Source: Haliotis rufescens
Taxonomy: Eukaryota
DNA: 64,000 nucleotides
Direction of reading: 5' to 3'
Assembly: GCF_023055435.1 (NCBI RefSeq)
Contig: NW_025964112.1
Span: 40,548,001 to 40,612,000, forward strand
A model generated the notes under the pieces. That model was not told the DNA's origin and did not search any database. It saw only the letters and a list, made by a program, of their open reading frames with translations. Position numbers and translations under genes: made by a program. This document shows positions 1 to 12,971 of the stretch, in pieces. Within the stretch, counting starts at the first letter, position 1; each line of letters starts with the position of its first letter.

Positions 1-1093
1 TCCCTGCTTGGTGAACAGAGGCAAATTTGAACTAAGACTTTTGCCCAGGATGACACCACAAGTTTTGGACACTTGTTTTCCGGGTGTATGTACGTAATCG
101 TGTTTCCACCATCTGGCCCTCTACCATCGGACGAGTGGGTTCTTTTGAGAGCACAGGGTGTATGTACTGTACACTAGGGGTAGTGACAACACTGTAAAGA
201 CCTGCAAATATTGTTGGTCCCAAGGCTGAATAACAACCCGCCCACAAGCGGGGTACGATCTCAGACATGGCGCTTGCTAGCCTGGCGCTTTTGGCCTTTG
301 TCGGTTGTTCCTCCAGTGTCTGCACAACTACACTCGGTAATTAATCCTGCGTTCATAATCACGCAAAAGACTTGTTTATGCTTCACCTTTGATTGGCTTT
401 CAGTATTTATAATGGTCGAATGGTGGATATTTTACTATCGCTTCTTCAATCGAGCGCCAACAAATATCCCGCTTGCCGAACCTCAAATTTGATGCGTCTT
501 AAAATCATACCGAGTTCAGTGGGAGGTTTCGATCAACGCGTTGAAATTTCTGATCCAAGTGCAGCTGGTAATTTAGACAGATCACCATTCCCCCAAACTG
601 CTCTTCGCAATCGTCACTACATTTGGCATGAAAATATGAAAGAAGTACGAACGTAGTGACATTTTCAATTTAACAATACCAAAATTTGGGTTACCATGTA
701 GGTATCAACATGTGTATGCAGCGATTTGCAAAACCCACAAGATTACGACGATGGATGATAGAACAATGGGTAAAAACTAATGTTCTCTACTAATAAGCAT
801 GATCAAAACGTAGCAGTCCTTCTATGTAGACCAGTTGTTTTCCCCTCCTTGCTGATCTTAGCCTTGATGGGTATGAATTGGAAATTCTGATTAAAAGGAC
901 AAAATTTAAATTGAGCCGGGAGTTGACCTTAAATATAAGTTTCATGAACGTCGATGGTCTGATATTGTTCATTACTAATCAAAAAGCTATTTTGTAATAA
1001 CTTCCAATGATTTACCAATCTGCGTATATATTTACGAAAAGTGGGCAATGTATTTAACAGTGGTATTCAATAGTTATCGTTACGTACGTACGT

Positions 1094-1175
1094 GAGTGAG
1101 TGAGTGAGTGAGTATGGTTTTACGCCGCTTTTAGCAATATTCCAGCAATATCACGGCGGGGGACACCAGAAATGT
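1094..1175 (-). mobile_element. Young 5'-truncated SINE 3' fragment (family C)
   Basis: Core identical to the 17787 and 26870 copies; flanked by tacgtacgtacgt direct repeats. Confidence 0.85.
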
Positions 1176-1404
1176 ACGTACGTACGTAATGTGTACAGTA
1201 GACATACTTTCGCATCAGTTTAATCGGTACGTCACATTCATGAATATATGCAATATTATTAAGTACATGTACTGACATTTTGAAGTTACCTTCCACTCTT
1301 TACAATTCAACTTTTACATCCAACACATCACACGCATTCCCGAAAAGAAAACCAAAAGACATTAATATATGGTACCCTGCCTGACGCGCAGCATTGAATT
1401 TGTT

Positions 1405-1668
1405 TTATTTATTGGTTGTTAACCGCCGCAATCAGCACTATTCCAGCTATATGACGGTTGTCTGTAAATAATTGAATCTGGACCAGACAATCCAGTGGTT
1501 GACATCATGAGCATCGATCCACTCAATTAAGATATCATGACATGCATCAACCAAGTCAGCGAGTCTGACCACCCAATCCCGCTAGTCGCCTCTTACGACA
1601 AGCATAGTCGCCATGTACGGCAAACATGGGTTGCTGACGACCTATTGTACCCCGGGTCTTCACGGGTC
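1405..1668 (-). mobile_element. SINE-like family A (CCCGTGAAGATCC...GTCGTAAGAGGCGACTAA...GCGGCGTTAAAC)
   Basis: The reverse complement matches the + strand copies at 5008, 5469, 5913, 13897 and 20357. Confidence 0.85.
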
Positions 1669-3146
1669 GCTCGGCATTAATGGGAAACAACACAAGGCCT
1701 GGTCTGCTCGGAGTCAGTATACTGTGTCTGAGAGGGATTTTCATGTTAAACCGTGGCATGGTATCTCGTGTAATGACATTTTAAAATCGGCTTTAGTCTG
1801 GATCAGTACAAGTATACACTCAAGCACGCACGCACTCACGCACAGACATGCACGCGCACACATACGCGCACGTCGCTGTATAAGTGTATTAATTTTGAAC
1901 GCTCACTTTGTTTAAGCTCAATTCAGGGCGTTTTACATGTACCGGGTGTTAATAGTTTCACCTATATCTAATTAACAATGAAAATACACCAACATGCCTA
2001 TCTAAATCAATAGCTGTTGAAAACAAACAGAATTATCCGAATTGAAAAAGGAATGGAAGTGTGTGCCGCAAATTGAGAAACGGTTGAGAAACCTTTTTCG
2101 GACTCAGCTTAAAACATACTCACCATTATGATACGTGGATAATGTTATCGATGCGAGAAGCCAGTCCGATAAACTTTGTATCTCGATACGATAAATATGC
2201 AAAATTGTCACCAAGTACCAAACACGTTTAATCTCCATTCTTCAATGCCTTGTCCACTTGCTCAGTAAACTACTGAATTACGTTCTCAATAAGTTCAGAT
2301 GTGTTTCCTAATATGCAGGCGATTATGTAGACAATTTTTTGGCACTATAAGATAAATGGGCGGTTCACTCACAAAATGTATTCATACGCAGTTTCTGAAG
2401 TAACGGTTACTTCATTGAACGAAATTACGTCCTAAACATGGTTATTTTAAGAATGACATTATATGATAAAGAAAATATTACCAGTATGTGTTTCCGTATC
2501 GTAAATATCAAATGTAAGGATTACACATATGTAAGGCAGCAATAGGCTTGCATTATGCAGAAACACTCACACACTCAGCTAAACATCTCTATTTACTTGA
2601 GGCATTAACGTTATAATTAAAGTGAAGCAAATTCCCAACTCTTGAGAATATCTTGTTCCAACCTTTCTCACAGATTCCAACCGCAGAGACGCATTCGCCA
2701 ATAAGGTTCGAGTCAAAATACAAAATATAAATGTCCACATTTTATTTCCGTCAATAATGAACGATAGCGATCTTCGCGTGGTTGCGGCAAAACAAGGTAT
2801 AATGACATCCGCATATGTACTTTATTACCATATATTTGTGTTATTATAGAATCGCACGTAGCAAATTAAAAAAACAATTGTTAAGAAACGTGTCATATTA
2901 TAATTAATATATATCCAACAAATGGAACCGACATAAATGGGAGAGCTAATACCTATTTTTAAAAGAAATTAAATAATGGCATTCAATCTGACCTTGATTT
3001 AAAGTTACACAATATATTTTCATATAATATAATGATTTGTAAAGGATATATATTGTAACCGCATGAGAACTAGACAGGCTGCACGATAACACGGGACACG
3101 TTCTATGCATGTAGTTCTTTGAACATCGGATAAAGAGGATTGAGTG

Positions 3147-3384
3147 AGTGGGTGAGTTTTAACGATATTCCAGTTATATCACAGCGTGTCAGTTTCATGT
3201 AGGGGGAAAGCCCGAAGTGATGCAGGTCTCAGACGTTTACCACCACGAGCACGGATGTGGTGCTGGCAAACCTAGAAACATAATCGGGGCGAAGCCACAA
3301 TCATAGGTTTCTGGCGTGCCCAAGGGACGCATCTCTGTACAGCGAATCGGGGCGCCTTAGGCGACTGGGCCACCCGTGCCCCCC
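3147..3384 (-). mobile_element. tRNA-derived SINE family B with (ACTC)n tail
   Basis: Homologous to 9152-9423 and 14861-15135; flanked by the direct repeat AGAGGATTGAGTG (3134-3146 and 3385-3397). Confidence 0.85.
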
Positions 3385-5007
3385 AGAGGATTGAGTGTTG
3401 ATTGAGGTGACCATATTATTCAAAGCAATTACAGAGTAATTTAAAATATTTACCATGGGTGTTTGAGAGAATCGTTATATGTTATCTTCGTATATTTACC
3501 ATATATTGCGGATATGTATGGTATAAGTTTTGATCGGTCAAGCATGTTTTTTGTAGTTCGACCATAATTCACAATGCTCACTACGTTTCTCTCATACGTG
3601 TAAAAGATTCTCATTTATTCATACATAACTGACGAGTGAACAACTACACTTCTCTGTTGCTATTGACATTTCTCAGGTTTCGTTTGGTGCGTATCATCAG
3701 ATTTACAAAATATTCAAATGTATATTTGAAGGTAATTCATGTTGCGAACAATTTACAATGTGTGAGTATGCTGTGCGGGTTGTGTTGATGTAGTAATATG
3801 TGATAAGTAATTAATGTTATGATATTGTGGATTATCTTTGTGGCTAAGTACTTCACGGTCGTTATTATATCAATGATGATACGTTGTATCGTCTGCATCC
3901 CGGTACTGATACGTCATATGTGGATCTGTTACATCTGATAATTCACTCGATAGCCTGATATAGTGGACCAGACGGGATTCTTGGGTGGGTGTGGTCTCCA
4001 GTAACGTAAACTTGTCGTTATAGTCGACTTTAATGGATTAGATGGTTAGGCTCGGTGACACGGTTGGTGTCATCGCGTTCCTCAATATCAATGGTTTATT
4101 TGGCCTATTGATGTAGCTGAAATATATTCAACAACATTTACGCATAGGAATGCATTTAAACCCGCAAATGAATTTAGGGAAAACCACGAAGTGAAATAGC
4201 TATCCATAGTCAATCAAAGTTCGTGGCCTCACAATGAAAATTGAGCAGAAACGTTTGGGCATTATTTTCCAATATAATCTGCTTTGTCTTCAATACACTT
4301 GCTTCAGCGATGCTTTAGCTTGTTATCTCTGCCATATGGAAGTCTTCCCAAAGGGCCTCGATGGCGACAATCTACTCATCGTAATGATAAAAACTCTACC
4401 ACGCAGGTGTGATTTTAGTTTAGGGAAGTGGAAAAAGAGGGTGCCAGGTCAGGCGAGTGAGGCACAAATTCTGCCCCAGAAACTAACGACATCCGCTTGT
4501 ACTTCTTTGTTAGGAGAAAGGGTCAAACGTTTCCAATTTTGACTCTGGATGAACCGATGTTTCATTCTGGGTTTGAATTCGTATCAAACATATATTTCAG
4601 GATTCTGCTGATAGTTGGTCGAAAGGTTGAGTTGGTCAACATTCTCGGTACCCATCATTCAGAGATTGATCATGTCGAATTGCAGTTTTGGAGAACTGTA
4701 CTGACATAAAAATAAATACTCTTAACCTTAACACGTCGGTCAGTCAAAACCATGCGGTGGACATTTGCCTGTGAAGAGCAGCCACCCCAAAGTGTGCTTG
4801 TGATATCTTCGTGTATTTCCTTAAAGTTTGTTTATATGTCTTTTGTATGCAGGTGATTCGTTACAGTTCGTTTCTCAGTTTTCTCCATGTTTGCAGTTCA
4901 TTAACCCCTGTCAAGTTCTCCAGCTGAGTGCTGGAACACAGATGCAGTAATGCGCCCGCACCTTGGACTTTCATCCTTTTATGAATCCACCCCCGAACCT
5001 TTACCGA

Positions 5008-5272
5008 CTCGTGAAGATCCGGGTTAGAATAGGTCTTCAGCAACCCTTGCTTGCCCAAAAGGCGATTATGCTTGTCGTAAGAGGCGACTCACGGGATCAG
5101 GTGGTCAGGCTCGCTGACTTGGTTGATGCATATATCGTATCCCTATTGTGTGGATCGATGCTCATGATGTCAATCACTGGATTCTCTGGTCCTGACTCGC
5201 TTATTCCCAGACCGCAGTCATATAGCTGGAACATTGCGGAGTGCGGCGTTAAACAACAAACTAACAACAACC
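5008..5272 (+). mobile_element. SINE-like family A
   Basis: Near full-length copy ending gcggcgttaaacaacaaactaacaac. Confidence 0.88.
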
Positions 5273-5468
5273 AACCGAACCTTTACTCTCGTAGCAGGAA
5301 CACACAGTTGCAATGGCAAAGGCTTCCAGAACAAGTAATGGTTGAGTTACAGTTGCCGAATTCATATTTATGTAGAACACGTTTCTGTTAAACATATTAC
5401 TAACTAGACTTATCACTCGAAAGTGTTCATTTGATCAGTCAAAACTGCTGACGGTGACCGTTCCAAAA

Positions 5469-5655
5469 CCCGTGAAGATCCGGGGGAGGTTGTCTTCAGC
5501 AACCGATACTTGTCGTAACAGGCTACTAACGGGATCGGGAGGTCGAATTGCTGACTTGCTTGATGCATGTCATCGTATCGGATCCTGACTCGATTATTTA
5601 TAGACCGACGTCATATGGCTGGAATATTGCTGAGTGCGTCGTTAAACAAGAGACC
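5469..5655 (+). mobile_element. SINE-like family A (internally deleted)
   Basis: cccgtgaagatccggg ... gcgtcgttaaacaag. Confidence 0.8.
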
Positions 5656-5912
5656 AACACACAAACATTGAAACCAGACATTGGAAATAATAATATTCTA
5701 CTAATATTTACTCAGTGTGTGTTGATGTAAGTTGTAGTTGGTCATTGTCGTGCAACTGATAAGTTTTCTTGTATTTTTCTTTGGTAATTAGCTGTGTTTA
5801 TAAGACAAAAGCTTCAGCAGCCCTTCGGTGTTCAGATTGTTTGACACAAACACAAATTATCCTGACTTAAACGCATGCCTTCTTTTTGTGTACAGCTTAT
5901 GTGTTGAAAAAC

Positions 5913-6122
5913 CTCGTGAAGATCCGACTAAGAACTGGTCTTCAGCTGCACATGCTTGTCGTAAGAGGCGACTTGCGGCATTGGGAGGCTGATGAGACTC
6001 ACTGACTTGGTTAATGCATGTCATCGTATCCAAATGGCGTAGATCGATGCTCATGATGTCAATCACTGGATTGACTTGTCCAGACACGACTATTTATAGA
6101 CCGCCGTCATAAGGCTGGAAAG
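5913..6122 (+). mobile_element. SINE-like family A (3' truncated)
   Basis: ctcgtgaagatcc ... ccgccgtcataaggctggaa. Confidence 0.8.
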
Positions 6123-6633
6123 TAACAAATAATAATAATAATAATCATCTGGGAATCGAACCCACGATCATCGGATCCGGGTACACCTAAGGGACGCTAC
6201 TCCAGATGGTGAACTGCGGCAACTTATTCAACCTTGACCCCAAGTCCAGTAAAATAATCAGTCAACTAGATAGATTTCTCATATGATGATAAACTGAACA
6301 CTACGGATATATTGATGCTAACCAGAATCTTTTCTCGTTCTGAGAACAAGGACACACATCAACGTAAGGCTCTACCGATAATAAAGTTATCGATTATTGT
6401 GACTTTTCATGTTGTGTGATTAATATTTATGGTTCTACATAACAGCAACGAAACAGGCTTGTCGTTGGCATGAAAATAACTTATTAAAATTTGATAAGAA
6501 TGTCTATTAATTATTAATGATTCCCATAGCAATATACCATACACGACGAGTACATGAAACTATATATGGCCATTAATGTCAACTAGTTTTTTACCTTAGA
6601 GTTATGACAGTGAAGGAAATGGTTATCGTATAA

Positions 6634-7570
6634 TACTAGGGTTGATTGAAACGTTCTGAGACTCACATAGAACGACTTGACCTTAAGATATTAAAATGGT
6701 TTATTTTTTACCACATCCTCTTCCACACTGATACTCTTTGCCAACGAAGTTGGAGGTTTCTTTCCCAGTTTCGAAGAAGTCCTTCTCTTTGTCCAAACGT
6801 TCTCCACAACTGTAATGTCGACGTCGTTCTAGTTGAAATAGGTTCCGACTAGAGCGTTCTACATGTTTGGGAACAGATGGAAGTTTGACGGAGCCAAATC
6901 TGGAGAATAAGGTGAGTTTTGGAGGATTTCAAATCAACACTGAAGGATTGTATCCAAGGTGATGGCTGAATTGTGCACCGGTGCATTGTCGTAATGGAGG
7001 AGCACATCTAACATCTGGTTACCATGTCTCTTAGTCTTAATGTTATTTCGCAATTGCCTCAAAAGTGTAGCATACGATGCCCAGGTTTCATCCATAGTCA
7101 CAAATCGTTGCAAGAACCTTTCTGGAACAGCTTCAAATAGGTAGATTATCACGAGAAATGTAAAATGGAATGTACACTCGCTTGGTAAATGCTTTCTGAA
7201 CTAGCAATATGATACTCAGTCATCACCATATTGTGGATTCTCTGTATTATTTCTGCTGTTCTGTCCGTCATCGAAGGCTCTCCTTGAGAGCTTAAACTCT
7301 GCCAACTTCTTTAAGGTGGCATAGGAAGGAGCATCCTTCCATTCTGTTGTACTTTTCATGTAAAGCCATTTTAATGTAAGTATTTTATCACTGCAAGTTC
7401 TTCAAGTGTGTCCATTTTCCAAAGGTCACAGACCACTCCTTGTTTTATTGACTTAGCACAGCAAAATATCTTCTCAGTTGACTCAAGGTTTTGTGCATGT
7501 ACCTCAATGACATCATGTAATGTCGACAAGGAAATGTGAGAGGCTCAGAATTTATCAATCGCCAAGTGGT
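6634..7570 (-). mobile_element. Decayed, internally deleted mariner-family DNA transposon (transposase pseudogene)
   Basis: The minus strand gives MDTLEELAVIKYLH*NG (~7415), FLQRFVTMDETW, LLHYDNAPVH and SPYSPDLAPSNFHLFPNM (~6865-6915), with stops and frameshifts. Degenerate TIRs: gttgattgaaacgttctgagactcac / gtgagaggctcagaatttatcaatc. Confidence 0.88.
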
Positions 7571-8029
7571 AACAACTTAAGATCTGGCAAAAAGTAATCA
7601 GTTGGAATAGACAGTCTACTTAGAGTTGCCAGCGGTGAAATACGTATGTATCTGATCATGTGGGGTATTAATAATATTATATTTTACAGGCAAGTTTATC
7701 TTAGACTGGCTTTGCTCGTAGTCGGTTTTTTTCATTCATGGCGTCACATGTTTTTTTAATATTTTGGACACATTGTCTACGTCAGCTGGTATTTACTTTA
7801 AAAAAATGTGTTGTTATACGTTACTGATCTTTTTGTTCAGGAAAAGCTTTTCAGTCAGATGAAGATTATATTTGTAATTCTGTAATATTATGTTGTTGAC
7901 GAATGTTCCTGTGCATAGTGTTAATATGCCAAATCAGCTGTAGTTTAAAAGATGTTGTTGAGGTTTTAGATTGTGCAAAATGTAGTGCCTCATTATGTTT
8001 TTTTTTATTTTACATGTATGTACTATAAT

Positions 8030-8214
8030 NNNNNNNNNNNNNNNNNNNNNNNNNNNNNNNNNNNNNNNNNNNNNNNNNNNNNNNNNNNNNNNNNNNNNNN
8101 NNNNNNNNNNNNNNNNNNNNNNNNNNNNNNNNNNNNNNNNNNNNNNNNNNNNNNNNNNNNNNNNNNNNNNNNNNNNNNNNNNNNNNNNNNNNNNNNNNNN
8201 NNNNNNNNNNNNNN
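8030..8214. other. Assembly gap (185 N)
   Basis: Run of N. Confidence 1.
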
Positions 8215-9151
8215 AACAGAGTCCAGTTTTGTTCTTGTTACAAAATTTAAATCCTTTTGTGCGCACAAATCTTTCGCCGCTCAACGGCTCTTGAACTCTT
8301 GAGGTGTTGAGCGGCGAGATATCTTGTGTGTGTTTTATGTATATCTAATGCTTAAACACCCAAAGAAATCACTTGTTATGTTACATTGTAGACCATGGAC
8401 CATGTATATATAATCTTGAGATCGATGTTAACCAATGTTCGATCGTGTATACCTGGTAAGGACGGAGCAACTGATTTGTTTGATTGCCATATTCTTTTGA
8501 GGTCAATTCAGGCCAATTCTGCTGAAAAAATGCCAATGCGATTTTGAAAAAAGTAAACATAGGGTCCAATTATTCGATCATCTATTAGAAACATAACTGT
8601 TTCTATGTGTTGCAATAATGAAAACAACATACATTTGTTGAATATATATTCACAATGAAACCGAACTGTGATAAGATCAGCCTATGAATAACATATTTGA
8701 TGGCGCCAGAATGAAGCAACGGTCATGAAAAGATAAACCATAATGACCTGTGAGTAATAGAGAAACTAGGACTATAATGTAGGACGAGGACAAATTCCAT
8801 TTTCTACTGATTCCTCACCATGACAACTTGTTATTAATTGCGTTACTTATCTCTTGTGAGTAAAAAAAAGTATTAATTGAGCTCATGGAATGTATAAAGA
8901 ATCCGATGAAAATTATAATATCCATGTCTCTTTTGCTTTATAAAGACACAAATAAGATGTATCCACTGTAACATTGTTTCAACAGAATATTACTTGCATA
9001 GGGGTCGGTTGTCGCAAGTCTTATAAGAATACCTGACCTGAGAGTACTGTCAAGGTTAAGGTATATCCTCAATGATATACCCTCAAGTTACATATGTATT
9101 ATTATTTACATAAATATAATATTATACTCGACGTAGAGTCTATGTCACTGT

Positions 9152-9423
9152 GGCGGCACGGGTGGCCCAGTCAGTGGTGCAGACTTGCGTCCCCCCTTAG
9201 GCAGAAACCTATGATTGAGGGTTCGAATTCCGGTTCGCCCCGATTATGTTTCTAGGCTTGTCAGCACTATACTCGTGCTTGTTGGTTTCACCGAATTGGT
9301 AAACGTCTGAGATCTGCATCACTTCGGGCTTTCCTCCTACATTAAGCTGACCCGCCGCGATATAACTGGAATAATGTTAAAAGCGGCGTTAAACCCAATT
9401 CACTCACTCACTCACTCACTCAC
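9152..9423 (+). mobile_element. tRNA-derived SINE family B
   Basis: A-box-like TGGCCCAGTC, B-box-like GGTTCGAATTCC, and a 3' end gcggcgttaaacccaattcactcactcac. Confidence 0.85.
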
Positions 9424-10650
9424 TGTGTCACAGTAGAATAATAGTTACTTGAATCGAGACATAAACTTGATACAGAACTGAAGGTGTAAATAGTCTACAG
9501 CATTATCATGACATCTTTACAATATTGCAGATTTTTAGATTGAATTTCCAACAAGTGTTCCTGTACAAGCACAATGTGTTCATCTTTGTCATGATAGGTA
9601 AACACACAACTCTTGAATCACATCAACAATTCATTAAAGAGAGAATAACCAGTCGAAGCAGATTCCACTGGGCGTAAAAAGCGAAATAGCGTGGAAACTT
9701 ATATGAATGCATCACTCAAATTCGACAGACATTATTTTCGAAATTGATTTAATTAAACATAAATATATGTAAAAAATATATGTAATATGTCCCGAGTACA
9801 ACGGCCTCTTTTATTAGTCCATCAGCACTCTGTAACTTACCTTTTATGTATTTGTCTCTGTATAGGTCACATGTTCATGTATCTACATGTATATAATTAG
9901 GCCGCTAGCAACAGGATATTTACAATGACTCTATCCTCTCGACACCATGTATATTTAAACACTGTCATCAGTGGAATGTATAATTGAGAAGCCGAATCAA
10001 TATATCGCCATTATACATCCCCCATATTTACAATGAGGAATCTCAATGAGGAACTATACATTTGTTTTACTTAAAACTCCGAAAGACGTTCTCGTATGAA
10101 TACAGGAGCTGAGATATCTCTGTGTGCTATTGTATGACTCTGCTGCTCAAAATATGTCCACAAAAAATTAATAGATTAGAAAACAATAGTGCATTGTCAA
10201 GGCTATTTGTGACTAGAAACTGGGAACATATTTCAAGTCATCATTTCGTGATCGGTCCATGAGAACGGTTTGCAAGTACCATCGTATCATTATTGGGAAG
10301 GATACTGGAAACTGTTGACATGTACCACCGCATTCCCAAGAACTGGGAAACAGTGTGTATGTATCATCGTATCGTTGAGAAGGGTATTTAGAAACACTTT
10401 GTGGGTACCATCATATTTTAGGGATGTATGATAGCGTAAATATTGCAGATGACATCGTTTTATCCAAACGAATGTTAAAAAACATCATCTAACTACCAAT
10501 TTTCTTCTGGCTAAGGCTTACAGGGAACGTGTTGCAGGTATCATCATATTGTCGAGAAGAATACCCTTGAACAGCCTGAAGATATCATCGTATCGAGAAG
10601 GATACAGGGGTAAAGACTGATGGTGTCATCATACTGTCCAGCAGGATATT

Positions 10651-12870
10651 TGGGAACAGGTTAACAGTATCATTATATTATCCACAGGCTACTGGGGAAC
10701 AGGTTAACCGTGTCATTATATTATCCACAGGCTACTTGGGAACAGGTTAACCGTATCACTATATTATCCACAGGCTACTTGGGAACAGGTTAACAATATC
10801 ATTATATTATCCACAGGCTACTGGGGAACAGGTTAACAGTATCATTATATTATCCACAGGCTACTAGGAAACAGGTTAACAGTAGCATTATATTATCCAC
10901 AGGCTCCTCGGGATCAGGTTCACAATATCATTATATTATCCACAGGCTACTGGGGAACAGGTTAACAGTATCATTATATTATCCACAGGCTACTAGGGAA
11001 CAGGTTAACAGTAGCATTATATTATCAACAGGCTACTGGGGAACAGGTTAACAGTATCATTATATTATCCACAGGCTACTGGGGAACAGGTTAACAGTAG
11101 CATTATAGTATCCACAGGCTACTGGGGAACAGGTTAACCGTTTCATTATATTATCCACAGGCTACTGGGGAACAGGTTAACACTATCATTATATTATCCA
11201 CAGGCTACTCGGGAACAGGTGAACAGTATCATTATATTATCCACAGGCTACTGGGGAACAGGTTAACAGTATCATTATATTATCCACAGGCTACTCGGGA
11301 ACAGCTTAACAGTAGCATTATATTATCCACAGGCTACTGGGGAACAGGTTAACAGTATAATTATATTACCCACAGACTAGTAGGGAACAGGTTATTAGTA
11401 CCATTATTTTATCAACAGGCTACTGGGGAAAAGGTTAACAGTATCATTATATTATCAACAGGCTCCTGGGGAACAGGTTAACAGTAGCATTATATTATCA
11501 ACAGGCTACTGGGGAACAGGTTAACCGTTTCATTATATTATCCACAGGCTACTGGGGAACAGGTTAGCAGTATCATTATAGTATCCACAGGCTACTGGGG
11601 AACAGGTTAACAATATCATTATATTATCCACAGGCTACTGGGGAACAGGTTAACAGTATCATTATATTATCCACAGGCTACTAGGGAACAGGTTAACAGT
11701 AGCATTCTATTATCAACAGGCTACTGGGGGACAGGTTAACAGTATCATTATATTATCCACAGGCTACTGGGGAACAGGTTAACAGTATCATTATATTATC
11801 CACAGGCTACTCGTGAACAGGTTAACAGAATCATTATAGTATCCACAGGCTACTGGGGAACAGGTTAACAGAATCATTATATTATCCACAGGCTACTGGG
11901 GAACAGGTTAACAGTATCATTATATTATCCACAGGCTACTCGGGAACAGGTTAACAGAATCATTATATTATCCACAGGCTACTGGGGAACAGGTTAACAG
12001 TATCATTATATTATCCACAGGCTACTCGGGAACAGGTTAACAGAATCATAATATTATCCACAGGCTACTGGGGAACAGGTTAACAGTATCATTATATTAT
12101 CCACAGGCTTCTCGGGAACAGGTTAACAGAATCATTATATTATCCACAGGCTACTGGGGAACAGGTTAACAGAATCATTATATTATCCACAGGCTACTGG
12201 GGAACAGGTTAACAGTATCATTATAGTATCCACAGGCTACTGGGGAACAGGTTAACAGTATCATTATAGTATCCACAGGCTACTGGGGAACAGGTTAACA
12301 GTATCATTATATTATCCACAGGCTACTGGGGAACAGGTTAACAGTATCATTATATTATCCACAGGCTACTCGGGAACAGGTTAACAGTATCATTATATTA
12401 TCCACAGGCTACTGGGGAACAGGTTAACAGTATCATTATATTATCCACAGGCTACTGGGGAACAGGTTAACAGTATCATTATAGTATCCACAGGCTACTG
12501 GGGAACAAGTTAACAATATCATTATAGTATCCACAGGCTACTGGGGAACAGGTTAACAGTATCATTATATTATCCACAGGCTACTCGGGAACAGGTTAAC
12601 AGTATCATTATATTATCCACAGGCTACTCGGGAACAGGTTAACAGTATCATTATATTATCCACAGGCTACTGGGGAACAGGTTAACAGTATCATTATATT
12701 ATCCACAGGCTACTAGGGAACAGGTTAACCGTGTCATTATATTATCCACAGGCTACTGGGGAACAGGTTAACAGTATCATTTTATTATCCACAGGCTACT
12801 CGGGAACAGGTTAACAGTATCATTATATTATCCACAGGCTACTGGGGAACAGGTTAACAGTATCATTATA
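10651..12870. repeat. 43-bp minisatellite array, ~51-52 copies (TGGGGAACAGGTTAACAGTATCATTATATTATCCACAGGCTAC)
   Basis: Period read directly (tccacagg at 10681 and 10724). Units are head-to-tail with few substitutions and no unique spacers. Degenerate units lie upstream at ~10210-10650. Confidence 0.97.
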
Positions 12871-12971
12871 TGGTGGTCAGGGATACCGAGAATTGTTTTC
12901 TGTTGCAATCACCTGCCATCTTGTATCTTCACGTTTGGTAAAAAAGGTTTTGGACAACAGCTTCCCGGACG

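Noticed and set aside
4963-5391. 142-aa ORF and similar ORFs at 1556-1915, 5548-5730 and 5857-6087
   Set aside because: They are chance frames through SINE copies.
5985-6010. CTGATGAG, a possible hammerhead ribozyme core
   Set aside because: There is no stem II or GAAA at a suitable distance. It aligns to ggtggtcaggctc in other family A copies, so it is mutational noise.
7934-8302. Four ORFs containing long X runs
   Set aside because: They are artefacts of translating through the N gap.
9152-9240. tRNA gene (A and B boxes)
   Set aside because: I could not fold a cloverleaf, and it continues into a dispersed repeat body with an (ACTC)n tail, so it is a SINE head.
10651-12870. Each 43-bp unit contains TTATCCACA, a perfect bacterial DnaA box, suggesting an origin or iteron array, or a CRISPR array
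   Set aside because: The context is eukaryotic (spliced genes, SINEs). Units are contiguous with no unique spacers, no cas/rep/dnaA genes are present, and the degenerate ancestral units lack the 9-mer. A chance match copied by tandem amplification explains it.
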